The notes beneath the pieces were generated by a model. The model did no database searches and was not told the origin of the DNA. It worked only from the letters and a program-made list of their open reading frames with translations. A stretch of 64,000 nucleotides of DNA from Nitrosopumilus sp. (GTDB lineage Archaea; Thermoproteota; Nitrososphaeria; Nitrososphaerales; Nitrosopumilaceae), in contig OZ245040.1 in the NCBI GenBank assembly GCA_965224195.1, positions 512,001 to 576,000 of the forward strand, given 5' to 3'. The position numbers were made by a program, and so were the translations under genes. Positions within the stretch are counted from its first letter, which is position 1. The number at the start of each line of letters is the position of its first letter. Shown here piece by piece: positions 1-10,774 of the stretch.

Positions 1-161
1 ATCTACAATCAAATTTCCTTCTTCCATATTTTCGTTTGTAATAATTAGATCATAATCTCTCTTTGCCAAATTAAATATCAATGGAATAACAACCCCATCT
101 CTTGATTTTTTTTATCATGTTTGTCATTTGATATATTTAATTAATATATCAGAAATGATTC

Positions 162-1313
162 ATGAAATCATTGTTATTTCAGCACATATTTCTTCAGACA
201 GAATTAGGTGGTCTGGTAATATTAACAATAATTATTGCAGTCATAACAAGTGTGATTTTTTATGCTGCTTCCCAAAGAAGCATATCTGCAATCAAAAAGA
301 AATTACAGCCCTTTAGTAACTTGGATCCAAAAATACAGTATGACGTATCACGAATTGAAACTGATTTGAAAACTGCATACGAAGATTTAACTTCTCTGAA
401 AACCAATTTACCACACACAAATGAAGTTACATCATTACAGGACAACATACAAAAGCTTTGCTTGGATTTTACATACTTGAAAGAAAACATAGATGAACAG
501 ATGAATAAATTCAAACTTGGAACTACTGAGGATTTACATAAGACAAAAGATGAGATGATAAAAAATGCGACACAGACAGTCACAGAGCATGCAAACAATC
601 TCTTACTTGAAAACAGTGTATCCAGAGAAGAATTCGAAAATCTTAAAGAAAGAATTGAAAAAATGGTGGGAGTAGATGAAATAACAGAGAGAATGGAAGT
701 ATTACAGTTATTATTTGATTCATCACAGATTAAGACATTAAATTGGCAGTGTAAGTTAATTCGATTGTTAAATGGAGGATTGGCACCAGATGCCGAAGAA
801 GATATTATTATTTCTGAAGGTATTCCAAAATCAAGTTGTGATAAATTCTTAAAAAAACTAACAGATGTTGGAATTACAGAAAACAAAAAAATATCAGCAT
901 TTTATTTATTACCTGAGTATGAATGGATTTATAGCTATGTTGATAATCCTGATTGGTTACAAAAAAAACTAGATGGTACAATCAAAAAAGAAAATGAATA
1001 TCAAGAATATGTGAAAAATAACTTGAATTTAATAGAAGACGGATTATTACTTGAAAAATCAGAGTATGTGTTAGCAACAGGAAAAATTGATTTTGTTTGT
1101 AGAGATAAAAACGGCTTGGCAGTTGGCTTGGAATTAAAATATCCAATAGCTACAACCACTGTGAAACGACAGATATTAGGATACAAAAATGACTATGAAC
1201 AAAAATCAGGCAGAATAGATTCTAGATTTATTGTTGTCGCACCTAAAATTCCAGACAAACTAAAGGAACTACTTGATATAGATAATATTGAATATAGAGA
1301 GATTGACTTTTAA
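162..1313 (+). CDS. Membrane-anchored coiled-coil protein with C-terminal NucS-like PD-(D/E)xK endonuclease domain
   Basis: N-terminal TM (GGLVILTIIIAVITSVIFYAA), coiled coil, then ENEYQEYV..EYVLATGKIDFVCRDKNGLAVGLELK..QILGY, the pattern of the NucS/DUF91 C-terminal domain. Confidence 0.7.
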   Translation: MKSLLFQHIFLQTELGGLVILTIIIAVITSVIFYAASQRSISAIKKKLQPFSNLDPKIQYDVSRIETDLKTAYEDLTSLKTNLPHTNEVTSLQDNIQKLCLDFTYLKENIDEQMNKFKLGTTEDLHKTKDEMIKNATQTVTEHANNLLLENSVSREEFENLKERIEKMVGVDEITERMEVLQLLFDSSQIKTLNWQCKLIRLLNGGLAPDAEEDIIISEGIPKSSCDKFLKKLTDVGITENKKISAFYLLPEYEWIYSYVDNPDWLQKKLDGTIKKENEYQEYVKNNLNLIEDGLLLEKSEYVLATGKIDFVCRDKNGLAVGLELKYPIATTTVKRQILGYKNDYEQKSGRIDSRFIVVAPKIPDKLKELLDIDNIEYREIDF

Positions 1314-1351
1314 TAAATTTAACTAGAAAAAGTTTGCAAATTAGAAAATTT

Positions 1352-1579
1352 ATTCAGTTTATTTTCAAAAATTCTTTCAGAGTTAATCCTGATTATTTTA
1401 TTATGGAACATAGTGCACCTCTTGCTATTTCTTTGTGATTTGGAACAGTTATTCTTCTGTGAGGATTAATCTTTATTTCTCAATATTATGTGACTGCCTG
1501 TTTGATGATCAACATCATATCCCTTTTTGTGCAATATCTTGAGTAACTCTCTTGCCGAAATAATAGGCAGTTTAGACAG
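1352..1579 (-). pseudogene. hicA: HicA toxin pseudogene
   Basis: Manual translation LSKLPIISARELLKILHKKGYDVDHQTGSHIILRNKD*, then after a frameshift NPHRRITVPNHKEIARGALCSIIK*SGLT; GSH motif present; 3' end approximate. Confidence 0.75.
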
Positions 1580-1783
1580 GTACCTCTACAGTTTCTTCAT
1601 CAATGGAGAACGGAATTGGTTCACCATGTTTTTTAGACTTGCGATATATCCTGAAATAGCATCCTTGATGTTAGTTATTGCTAATTCTCTTGCATCTCCT
1701 TGAGATATATATCCAGGCAATTCTAGAACCTCTGATACAAACATCCCATCTTCGTCTTGTTTTATGAATATTCTAAACTTCAT
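1572..1783 (-). pseudogene. hicB: HicB antitoxin, frameshifted near the C-terminus
   Basis: MKFRIFIKQDEDGMFVSEVLELPGYISQGDARELAITNIKDAI; the typical tail KHGEPIPFSIDEETVEVPV* lies in another frame. Confidence 0.75.
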
Positions 1784-1862
1784 GTGATTTGTTAGATACA
1801 TTTAGTATAAAAATTTGAACCATGTGAAATAGTTACAAGTTTCATAAAATATGATTTATAAT

Positions 1863-2777
1863 TTAAATCTCTAGTTTAAACATGACTTTCTTAAATTCTG
1901 CAAATAATTCGCTTAATGTAGGAGTAAAATAAATACCATCAAGACCATTTTTGTGTCCCATTAGCTTTTCTGCAATGTTGTAGTTTACTGAATTATCTAG
2001 TTTTAGAATCGTATTGAATCTTTTTCTAAACCCATGATCAACTTGTACATTATAACGATGATTTTGTTTCTGTCTGATAATGTTACTTTTTAATATTGAT
2101 CTGTATATTACAGATCTAACCCCATTCCATCCAAGCTGCTTTTGAATTGTTTTATCAATTCCAAATATCGGAGTATTATTGCAAAATATTTCTCCTTTTT
2201 GTTTACGTAAATTGTGATATTTGTCAAGAATTGTGGATGCCTGTGGTGTTAGAAATGACCAATATTCGTCTACATCTTCAGCATAAAGCAATACGGCATA
2301 ACTATTGCAAGGCATTTTTTTCATATGTCTAATTGATAAATTATGATCAAAGATTCCTACTCTTGCACCTGTAGATGCAAGAAAATGAATTAATGTCTTG
2401 TTTCTAATGTTCTTCTCCGTATATAATATGTCACGAATTTCATTTGTAGTGTATGATCTCAAGTTTGGGGTTTTTTGTTTTTGCGGAAACATCTTGTATA
2501 TTTTGTTCCAATTAAGATAGATTTCATTCATAATACAAAAATGTTTGATTCCTTGAAACTTTGATGGTATTGAATTAGAATTTGTTGTTTGTTTTAGTTG
2601 TATTAAATAATTTTCTAACTCATGTTGCAATTCTGATGTAGAATAAAGTAATAGTAAATCAACAGAATTTATTTTCATAAATTTAATGAACTGTTTTAGA
2701 TGTGAATTATAATTTTTTGCAGTGTATTTTGATTTGATAGATTCTTCAAATAATATGAGGCTTCTTTGATTTAACAC
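1863..2777 (-). CDS. Tyrosine recombinase/integrase
   Basis: Catalytic set intact: STGAR, HGFRKRF, LMGH, GIY. Confidence 0.9.
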   Translation of the reverse strand: MLNQRSLILFEESIKSKYTAKNYNSHLKQFIKFMKINSVDLLLLYSTSELQHELENYLIQLKQTTNSNSIPSKFQGIKHFCIMNEIYLNWNKIYKMFPQKQKTPNLRSYTTNEIRDILYTEKNIRNKTLIHFLASTGARVGIFDHNLSIRHMKKMPCNSYAVLLYAEDVDEYWSFLTPQASTILDKYHNLRKQKGEIFCNNTPIFGIDKTIQKQLGWNGVRSVIYRSILKSNIIRQKQNHRYNVQVDHGFRKRFNTILKLDNSVNYNIAEKLMGHKNGLDGIYFTPTLSELFAEFKKVMFKLEI

Positions 2778-2890
2778 TATATAACATTCTTGTAAAGTTT
2801 GTATTTTTGCATAAATGTTTCATAAAATAGATTATCATATTTTTATTTAAAATGTTACTAAAGAATCATATTTTTTATTTCTACTGCAAG

Positions 2891-3130
2891 TTATTTTACA
2901 AGTCCATTATTGTAATCTTTTTCAAATTCATTTCTATCAATGCTTACATCTGTAAGAATTTGTAATTGCAAACCGATTTTTAAGATTTTATTTCCAGCTG
3001 GAACTGTTGTAAAAACATTGTTCTGTCTTAACGTAACATGGCTTCCTTTTCTGCTGGTTATCAAAAATTCTTTTTTGATCAAATATTTTATCATGATATT
3101 GCCAGAAATTCTTGGAATTCTATTCGTCAC
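2891..3130 (-). CDS. hicA: HicA family toxin
   Basis: IPRISG..RKGSHVTLR..TTVP..LKIGLQLQIL; overlaps upstream hicB. Confidence 0.85.
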   Translation of the reverse strand: MTNRIPRISGNIMIKYLIKKEFLITSRKGSHVTLRQNNVFTTVPAGNKILKIGLQLQILTDVSIDRNEFEKDYNNGLVK

Positions 3131-3341
3131 GTTTTTGAATAATCAACAAATTAAAATCATCTGTATTTCCAATCTCTTCTGATGCAAGATCTACGACTTC
3201 TTTCATGTTCTCCATTACTTCTCCATATGTTTCTCCTTGTGAATTAGCATGTAATTCATCACACCTTCCAATAAATCCTCCATCAATTTTATCTGGAGTT
3301 ATGATAACAGTGTATGTTTTTTTCTGTATTGTAGAACTCAT
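3120..3341 (-). CDS. hicB: HicB family antitoxin
   Basis: YTVIITPDKIDGGFIGRCDEL..SQGETYGEVMENMKEVV. Confidence 0.85.
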   Translation of the reverse strand: MSSTIQKKTYTVIITPDKIDGGFIGRCDELHANSQGETYGEVMENMKEVVDLASEEIGNTDDFNLLIIQKRDE

Positions 3342-4686
3342 GATATGATATCATTGTAAAAAGTATTAAAAGTATTCTAAATTTTATGGATAAAATAATA
3401 TGTACAGATAAGATTACACTATTTTCAATTGCATCAATTCTGCCAAAGATTGATTCAATTTTGAAGACGATGCGTTTTTGCTCGTTGAGGGGAGGTAGAT
3501 GAATCTGAAAATTACGAAATTTGATTAAATTTACTCTTGGTCTAGTTGTTCCTTGGGTATGTTCATTAAATTGCTTGATAACTATGTTTGAATTTATCAT
3601 ATATGTTAGAAATTTTTTTAAAACAAACTCATCACCCACTCTTATCCTAATTATATCTGCAACAATTATGCCTGCCTTTAAAGAAGAAGGAACAATACAT
3701 GCTTTTCCTACTGGAAATCCTAATTTTGTTACTACAATATCATTTTGATGAAAATTATGTCTTTTCAATTTTTGAGCTTTTTCTTTTGTAACGCATATGA
3801 TATTTTTATTAATAAAATAATTTCGTTTAACATTTTGTAATCTAATCAAAGGAATTCCATCATTTACATATTCAGATGATTTGAGATTCGAACCAAAAGG
3901 TCCATCTACAATATCCTGTTTAGGGTTATGGGCCATATCTTTTATTCTAACACATATCCACCCATTTGGAAGATTATCTTTCTCAAAGACTAATTTTTCT
4001 TTGGAGTTTTTGTGTATCTTTTTCAAAAGAATCTCAGCTGGTTCATCATTTGGATCTTGTGGTACAAGGTCACCTTCAAAAGCTACTTTTAGAACAGATT
4101 GTTTCTGTTGCTTCAACAATATCTTAACCGCATCTAGCTTGGTTTGTCCTGCATCAATCTGGGAGAAGATTGATTCAATCTTGGAGACGATGTGGTGCTG
4201 TTCGTTTAGTGGCGGGAGTGGAATTGTAAATATTGAGATTTTTTTGAAACTAATACGAGGATGTTGGACTCCAGTCATATTTGCATTTGCATATGTGACA
4301 AAACAATTGGTTGCAAAAAATAACGCAATAAATCTATTTGATAGAAAAGAGTTTTTTTTAAAAACTAGAATATCTGTTGAACATACTCCGTTAAAATTAG
4401 GGACACATACTTTGTTAAGATATGGACGTAGTCTTCCATACAAAATATCCCCTGATCTGAATATTGTTTTTGTACTTGTAAGATTTTTTGATTCTCCTTT
4501 TCTAATAATCTTTCCAGTATTACTTTCAATGTGCTCTAGACCAATGAATGTTTTATTTTTATTTGTAATCGGATCAAATCTGTCTTTTGATGGATCAATA
4601 GTAAATCCAATTTTTGTTCTAATCCATCCCTTTGGAAGATTCTCTTTCTCAAAAACTGATTCTTTTTTGATCAATGATTCACTCAT
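3289..4686 (-). CDS. hsdS: Type I restriction-modification specificity subunit (C-terminal helix appears replaced)
   Basis: Two TRDs each starting LP(K/N)GW and ending PPLNEQ..IV.KIESIF; central linker KQSVLKVAFEGDLVPQDPNDEPA; probable start 4686 by ATGA coupling to the upstream ORF. Confidence 0.9.
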   Translation of the reverse strand: MSESLIKKESVFEKENLPKGWIRTKIGFTIDPSKDRFDPITNKNKTFIGLEHIESNTGKIIRKGESKNLTSTKTIFRSGDILYGRLRPYLNKVCVPNFNGVCSTDILVFKKNSFLSNRFIALFFATNCFVTYANANMTGVQHPRISFKKISIFTIPLPPLNEQHHIVSKIESIFSQIDAGQTKLDAVKILLKQQKQSVLKVAFEGDLVPQDPNDEPAEILLKKIHKNSKEKLVFEKDNLPNGWICVRIKDMAHNPKQDIVDGPFGSNLKSSEYVNDGIPLIRLQNVKRNYFINKNIICVTKEKAQKLKRHNFHQNDIVVTKLGFPVGKACIVPSSLKAGIIVADIIRIRVGDEFVLKKFLTYMINSNIVIKQFNEHTQGTTRPRVNLIKFRNFQIHLPPLNEQKRIVFKIESIFGRIDAIENSVILSVHIILSIKFRILLILFTMISYHEFYNTEKNIHCYHNSR

Positions 4687-4892
4687 TCTTTTTTTGAAAT
4701 TTTTGTCTTGTCCCAAACTTGAATTTGTCCGCCGTAAATTTTATCATCATATACTATTGATGGAATCTGTGCATAGAATCCTTCTCGACCAGAACTAAAC
4801 GTCTTTGCAGGCAATGGCACTTCGTATTCTTTTCCATCTGGTATTTTTATTATAACAAATACAAATTCTGGCTTTTCTTCGGACATCGACAT
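4683..4892 (-). CDS. Small hypothetical protein translationally coupled to hsdS
   Basis: 69-aa ORF whose stop overlaps the hsdS ATG (ATGA). Confidence 0.6.
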   Translation of the reverse strand: MSMSEEKPEFVFVIIKIPDGKEYEVPLPAKTFSSGREGFYAQIPSIVYDDKIYGGQIQVWDKTKISKKE

Positions 4893-4983
4893 GGTATTAT
4901 AACATTTACAAATAAATGTTTGATTTTAGGAGATAATTTTAAAGAAAAACAGTAATTAAAAACAACCATTATGAAAAAATACA

Positions 4984-6462
4984 ATGTCAAATGAGGCACC
5001 AGTTATAGTTCAAAAACTGTGGAATTTCTGCAATGTGCTTAGAGATGATGGCGTATCATATGGTGATTATGTTCAGCAGTTAACCAATTTACTATTTCTA
5101 AAAATGGCAGATGAGCAGACAAAGCCACCATACAAGAAAAAATCAATAATTCCAAAAAAATATGATTGGCAAACTTTAATTGGTAAAACGGGAGATGGTT
5201 TAGAAACTCACTACAGAAATGTCTTAGAAAATTTATCTAAAGAAAAAGAATTGTTGGGAGTAATCTTTAGAAAATCTCAAAACAAAATACAGGATCCTGC
5301 AAAACTAGAGCGCTTAATCAAGCTAATTGATGGAGATTCAAAAGACTCGATTCTTTGGAATGGGATGAATATTGATGTCAAAGGGGAAATCTATGAGGGG
5401 TTGTTAGAAAAGAATGCAGAGGATGTAAAAAGTGGTGCTGGCCAATACTTTACGCCACGTGCATTAATTGATGCAATGGTTGATGTGATGCAGCCAAAAC
5501 CCAAAGAAACAATCGGAGATCCAGCTTGTGGTACTGGTGGATTTTTTCTCTCTGCATACAAGTACATTACAGATAATTTTAATTTGGATCCTGATCAGAA
5601 AAAGTTTCTAAAAATCAAGACCTTCAAGGGATGGGATATTGTAACTGAAGTTGTAAGATTATGTGCAATGAGCATGTATTTACACGGAATAGGCGAAAAG
5701 GCAAGTCAAATCGTATCAGGCGATTCACTAATTTCTGATTCTGGAGATAGGTTTGACATAATAATGACAAATCCCCCATTTGGAAAAAAATCCAGTACAA
5801 TAATATTTTCAGAATCAGGCAGGGCAGAACGTGAAACTCTATCTTATGAAAGAGATGATTTCTGGGCAAGCACCTCAAACAAACAGCTAAATTTTCTACA
5901 ACACACAAAGACAATTCTCAAAGTAAATGGCAAATGTGCCATTGTACTGCCAGACAATGTGCTTTTTGAAGGGGGTGCAGGCGAGACCGTAAGAAAGAAG
6001 ATGTTGGAGATGATGGACTGCCATACTCTGCTAAGGCTGCCAACTGGAATATTTTATGCAGGCGGAGTAAAGGCAAACGTGCTGTTCTTTGACAAAAAAC
6101 CTGCAAGAACAGATGGAAAAGCATGGACACAAAAACTATGGATTTATGATTTTAGAACAAACCAACACTTTACATTAAAAGAGAATCAATTATCAAGAAA
6201 TAATCTAGATGACTTTGTGAAATGTTACAATGCAAAAAATATCCCAAAGCGAAAAGAATCAAAAAATTTCAAATCTTTTTCATATGATGAACTCATTAAA
6301 AGAGACAAGGTATCTTTAGATATTTTTTGGTTAAAAGATGATTCAATTGAAGATGTTGATAATTTACCTCCACCTGAAGAAATATCCAAAGAAATCAAAA
6401 ATAACCTTACATCTGCCCTTAATTCCATAGATGAATTAATTATCAATCTTGGAAGAAATTAG
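4984..6462 (+). CDS. hsdM: Type I restriction-modification N6-adenine methyltransferase
   Basis: GQYFTPR, DPACGTGGF (motif I), TNPPFG (motif IV). Confidence 0.95.
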   Translation: MSNEAPVIVQKLWNFCNVLRDDGVSYGDYVQQLTNLLFLKMADEQTKPPYKKKSIIPKKYDWQTLIGKTGDGLETHYRNVLENLSKEKELLGVIFRKSQNKIQDPAKLERLIKLIDGDSKDSILWNGMNIDVKGEIYEGLLEKNAEDVKSGAGQYFTPRALIDAMVDVMQPKPKETIGDPACGTGGFFLSAYKYITDNFNLDPDQKKFLKIKTFKGWDIVTEVVRLCAMSMYLHGIGEKASQIVSGDSLISDSGDRFDIIMTNPPFGKKSSTIIFSESGRAERETLSYERDDFWASTSNKQLNFLQHTKTILKVNGKCAIVLPDNVLFEGGAGETVRKKMLEMMDCHTLLRLPTGIFYAGGVKANVLFFDKKPARTDGKAWTQKLWIYDFRTNQHFTLKENQLSRNNLDDFVKCYNAKNIPKRKESKNFKSFSYDELIKRDKVSLDIFWLKDDSIEDVDNLPPPEEISKEIKNNLTSALNSIDELIINLGRN

Positions 6463-6866
6463 CAAGTATTATAATTATAAAAAATTATTTTTTGCCTAAT
6501 TCAAAACTTTTACGTACAAAACATCTTTAAATAAATATGGTAAATTTTTAATATATTTTTACACTGTTCCAGTTTATCCAGTCTTCAAAGAATCGTAGAT
6601 TTGCCCTTCTTCTGCTTTGAGATATTCTGTTATGATCTGATCGCCTGTTCTCTGATATTTTTTTGTGCAAAATGCATCAAAGTTTTTGATTACAGCTGCA
6701 AGTTTCTCTGCGTTGCAAGTGTCTTTGTCTGTATTTTTCTTCAAAACCCGACTGGTTTCTGACTTTTCCTAAAATAGTAGATATTTTATCTACATCTACT
6801 AAAAAAGGCTATAAACCTATTCAAAATAGTCGGTTTATTGATATAGTCGATTTATCTAATTTCTGT

Positions 6867-7106
6867 ATGGCAACAGCTTATGTTTTAATAAACTGTGAAC
6901 TAGGTTCTGAAGAAGCTATTATCCAGCAATTAAAGGGCTTAGAAGGTGTAAAAGAAGTTCATGGAACTTTTGGTGCATATGATATTTTGGCCAAAATCGA
7001 ATCTGACACTGTTGAAAAACTTAGAGAAACAATTACCTGGAAAATCAGGAAAATTGAAAAGATTCGTTCAACTCTTACCTTGATGGGTATTGAAGGTCAA
7101 ACATAA
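6867..7106 (+). CDS. Lrp/AsnC ligand-binding (RAM) domain protein
   Basis: AYVLIN..GVKEVHGTFGAYDILAKIE..IRKIEKIRSTLTL. Confidence 0.9.
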   Translation: MATAYVLINCELGSEEAIIQQLKGLEGVKEVHGTFGAYDILAKIESDTVEKLRETITWKIRKIEKIRSTLTLMGIEGQT

Positions 7107-7124
7107 ACACCCTTTTTTCTTATT

Positions 7125-7694
7125 ATGATTTTGCATTTTATTTTTGTGATACCTGAAGAAGATCGTGAAAAACGACAATTCGAATTTGAATATGTTAAAA
7201 AAATGAGCAAATTTTTTCAGGTTTGGTTAAAAGAAAAATTTGGCCAAGATTATGAAATCCAATGTGATGAAATGATTACATCTCCTAGAAGCATTCTTCA
7301 ACGTCTTGATACACACACGTTAGTACGAGATCATCATCAACGAGGTGATGATATTTACCATTTCTATCTAACTCATTTCAAACCTTGGTGGACTGATTGT
7401 ACTTGTGATGGATACCATGCTGAAAATTTTGGAATGGCATTTTGGCAATCTCCAAAAGAATCTAATGATACTTTATTCCTTGCAGAAAAAAATTGTACTA
7501 CTGTTTCACATGAACTGGTTCATGAAATGTTAAGAATTGCTGGACATAAAAAATTCATTCAGGATGTACATGATGTATGGACTAAACATCTTTTTGAACA
7601 GTTAGAATTTGAACAATATGGTGAAGATTTTAAAAAAACTGAAGGCAAGCCCATGTTTTTAGCAATGGATACTTCACAATTTAATTCAAAATAA
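7125..7694 (+). CDS. Conserved hypothetical protein with HExxH zinc-binding motif
   Basis: 189-aa ORF with SHELVHE. Confidence 0.7.
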   Translation: MILHFIFVIPEEDREKRQFEFEYVKKMSKFFQVWLKEKFGQDYEIQCDEMITSPRSILQRLDTHTLVRDHHQRGDDIYHFYLTHFKPWWTDCTCDGYHAENFGMAFWQSPKESNDTLFLAEKNCTTVSHELVHEMLRIAGHKKFIQDVHDVWTKHLFEQLEFEQYGEDFKKTEGKPMFLAMDTSQFNSK

Positions 7695-7705
7695 AATATT
7701 TACAA

Positions 7706-8338
7706 TTAACATTTAGTAACTGAATAAATGTTATTTTCAAAATTTGCTGTTTTGAAATCTAATTTGTTTTCTGGATCATTGTTTCTTGATTTGCTTAATG
7801 TTTCAAGTTCTACAAGAGCATCTCCTCTAAAACCTACTGAAGAACCATAAATTCCATCAGTTAACATGGTGCCGTGATCTCCTTTTTTAATATCATTTAC
7901 CATATCATAAAATCTAGTTGTTTCTTTTTTGTTTACTGGGTTTCCTGTTGCTTTGTTAAATGCAACTGCTATGTACATTCCATTGTTTTTTACTGCGACA
8001 GGAATTTTGTGATTTTTATCTGAAGCACCTGGAATTGTATCGTTGACTATAACTTCACATTTATGATACATGCTTGACACGTATGCAAAAAATCTGTATT
8101 GGGCATATTTTCCTGCAGAATCTTCTTCACATCCAACAAAAACTTTATGCAATAATTCTAAAGCATCATCATTCATACTTTGTAATCTGTCATCTATTCT
8201 TCCTCTTTCAAGAAGTTCTGATTTGCATTCTTTTGCAACTAAAACTAAAATGAAATCTGGTAAATTGTAATTTTTGAGTGCTGCAACAAATGCACCTGCT
8301 TGTGACATGCCAAATTTTGGAAATCCTTTATTGACCAT
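7706..8338 (-). CDS. Hypothetical protein
   Basis: 210-aa ORF with core-like composition. Confidence 0.7.
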   Translation of the reverse strand: MVNKGFPKFGMSQAGAFVAALKNYNLPDFILVLVAKECKSELLERGRIDDRLQSMNDDALELLHKVFVGCEEDSAGKYAQYRFFAYVSSMYHKCEVIVNDTIPGASDKNHKIPVAVKNNGMYIAVAFNKATGNPVNKKETTRFYDMVNDIKKGDHGTMLTDGIYGSSVGFRGDALVELETLSKSRNNDPENKLDFKTANFENNIYSVTKC

Positions 8339-8493
8339 AATTATACCTCAATTTAGAAAATTTACTACTCCCCAACACTGTATTAAAAAGCAGTATTTGG
8401 CTTATAATTGTTAAGAATTTAGATGCCTACTGAAAGAATTTTTTGAATTTTCCAATTGTAAATATTAAATTTGGGATTAATTTATCGCATTTT

Positions 8494-10761
8494 GTGGAAA
8501 CTGACACTACTGCAGAACTTGTTTCTAATGTTTATTTGAAATTAAAAAATAATATTGTAAAATATAGAAATCTAGTAGGAAGACCATTAACACTTTCTGA
8601 AAAAATCTTATCTGGACATCTAAATGAAATTGATGATACTATTTTTACCGGAGGAAAAAATTATGTCTTTTTAAAACCTGATAGAGTTGCATTACAAGAT
8701 GTTACAGGACAAATGGTAATGCTTCAATTTATGCAAGCAGGATTAAAACAAACAGCTGTACCAACAACTGTACACTGTGATCATCTCATTAGAGCAGAAG
8801 TTCAAGGCGATATTGATATGAAAGTTTCACTTGATGAAAATAGTGAAGTTTTCAAATTTTTACAATCTGCATCTGCAAAGTATGGATGTGGTTTTTGGAA
8901 ACCTGGTGCAGGTATTATTCATCAAGTAGTTCTTGAAAATTATGCATTCCCTGGTGGATTGATGATTGGTACTGATTCCCATACTCCAAATGCAGGTGGC
9001 CTTGGGATGATTGCAATAGGTGTTGGTGGATTAGATGCTGCAGAAACTATGGCTGGAATGCCTTGGGAATTACTTTATCCTAAAAAAATTGGTGTAAAAT
9101 TAACTGGAGAACTTAGTGGATGGACTGCTCCTAAAGATATTATCTTAAAAGTTGCCGATGAGTTAACTGTCTCTGGTGGTACAAATGCTATTGTAGAATA
9201 TTTTGGACCTGGAACAAAATCTATCAGTTGTACAGGCAAAGCTACCATTACTAACATGGGTGCCGAACTTGGTGCTACTTGTTCTGTATTCCCATATGAT
9301 GAAAGAATGGAAACTTATCTCAAATATACAAACAGAGAAGGCATTGCTCAATTAGCAAATCAAAATAAAGAATCTCTTGTTGCAGATATTGAAGTAGAAT
9401 CGAATCCGGAAAAATTCTTTGATAGAGTAATTGAAATTAATCTTTCAACACTAGAGCCACACATTGTCGGTCCTCACACCCCTGATTTGGCAAGAACTAT
9501 AACGGAATTATCTGATGATGTAAAATCTAAAGACTATACTGATCCAATCTCTGTTGCACTAATTGGTAGTTGTACAAATTCTTCTTATGAGGATATGTCT
9601 CGAGCAGCAAGTTTAGCTGAACAAGCAAAAGCCAAAGGAATCAAATCAAAGATTCCTCTATTGGTAACTCCTGGTTCTGAACAAATTCGTGGTACTATAG
9701 AACGAGATGGACAAATGGCTTCTCTTTTAGATATCGGTGCAACTGTTTTAGCAAATGCATGTGGTCCATGTATTGGCCAATGGAATAGACCAGAACTTGA
9801 AAAGGATCAACAAAATACTATTGTTACAACATTTAACAGAAATTTCCCAGGGCGAAATGATGGTAAGAGAAGTACTCTGAACTTTATTGGTAGTCCTGAA
9901 ATGATCATTGCTTTAGCATTAGGTGGTAGACTTTCATTTAATCCATTGAAGGATGATCTAATTGCATCTGATGGAACAAAGTTCAAACTTGAACCACCTA
10001 AACCTGCACCAGAAATTCCTGAAGAAGGTTTTATGAGGCCTGAAGGAATTTTTATTGCACCTCCTAGTAATTCTGATGATGTTGAAGTAGTCATTGATCC
10101 TAACAGTAAAAGATTACAGCGTTTAGAACCATTTTTAAAATGGGACGGTAAAGATTTTGAAAATATTCCAATCATGGTAAAGGCTAAAGGCAAATGCACT
10201 ACTGATCATATTTCCCCTGCAGGAGCTTGGCTTTCTTTAAGAGGACATTTGGATAATCTTAGTGATAACATGCTTTTGGGAGCAGTTAATGCTTTTAATG
10301 ATCAAGTTGGACAAGGTAAGAATGTTCTAAATAATAATCAAGAATCATTTTCACAAATTGCTAGACAATACAAAGAAAAACAGATGAGATGGGTAATTGT
10401 TGCTGATAATAATTATGGTGAAGGAAGTAGTAGAGAACATGCTGCAATGACTCCTCGCTTTTTGGGATGTGCAGCAGTAATTACAAAAAGTTTAGCAAGA
10501 ATTCACGAAACAAATCTGAAAAAACAGGGTGTCTTGGCATTGACATTTAGTAATTCAGATGATTACGAAAAAATTCTTGAAGATGATAAAATCAGTTTAC
10601 TTGAATTAAATGAATTAGCTCCGGACAAACAAGTTAGATGTGTTATTTCTCATTCTGATGGAGAGAAAGATGAAATTCTTTTAAATCATTCATACAATAA
10701 ATCACAAATTGAATGGTTCAAGTCTGGCTCAGCACTAAATGTATTGAGAAATAACCAATAG
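8494..10761 (+). CDS. acnA: Aconitate hydratase
   Basis: VHCDHLI, GIIHQ, GTDSHT, IGSCTNSSYED, CGPCIGQW, TTDHISPAG, GSSREHAA; start probably GTG 8494 (ORF open from 8443). Confidence 0.95.
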   Translation: METDTTAELVSNVYLKLKNNIVKYRNLVGRPLTLSEKILSGHLNEIDDTIFTGGKNYVFLKPDRVALQDVTGQMVMLQFMQAGLKQTAVPTTVHCDHLIRAEVQGDIDMKVSLDENSEVFKFLQSASAKYGCGFWKPGAGIIHQVVLENYAFPGGLMIGTDSHTPNAGGLGMIAIGVGGLDAAETMAGMPWELLYPKKIGVKLTGELSGWTAPKDIILKVADELTVSGGTNAIVEYFGPGTKSISCTGKATITNMGAELGATCSVFPYDERMETYLKYTNREGIAQLANQNKESLVADIEVESNPEKFFDRVIEINLSTLEPHIVGPHTPDLARTITELSDDVKSKDYTDPISVALIGSCTNSSYEDMSRAASLAEQAKAKGIKSKIPLLVTPGSEQIRGTIERDGQMASLLDIGATVLANACGPCIGQWNRPELEKDQQNTIVTTFNRNFPGRNDGKRSTLNFIGSPEMIIALALGGRLSFNPLKDDLIASDGTKFKLEPPKPAPEIPEEGFMRPEGIFIAPPSNSDDVEVVIDPNSKRLQRLEPFLKWDGKDFENIPIMVKAKGKCTTDHISPAGAWLSLRGHLDNLSDNMLLGAVNAFNDQVGQGKNVLNNNQESFSQIARQYKEKQMRWVIVADNNYGEGSSREHAAMTPRFLGCAAVITKSLARIHETNLKKQGVLALTFSNSDDYEKILEDDKISLLELNELAPDKQVRCVISHSDGEKDEILLNHSYNKSQIEWFKSGSALNVLRNNQ

Positions 10762-10774
10762 AATTTTTTTAAAG

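Noticed and set aside
260-886. 208-aa minus-strand ORF
   Set aside because: Antisense shadow of the 162-1313 gene
3881-4798. 305-aa plus-strand ORF
   Set aside because: Antisense shadow of hsdS with no motifs of its own
6555-6775. Possible degenerate integrase N-terminal fragment on the minus strand
   Set aside because: Short and frameshifted; resemblance too weak to support by eye
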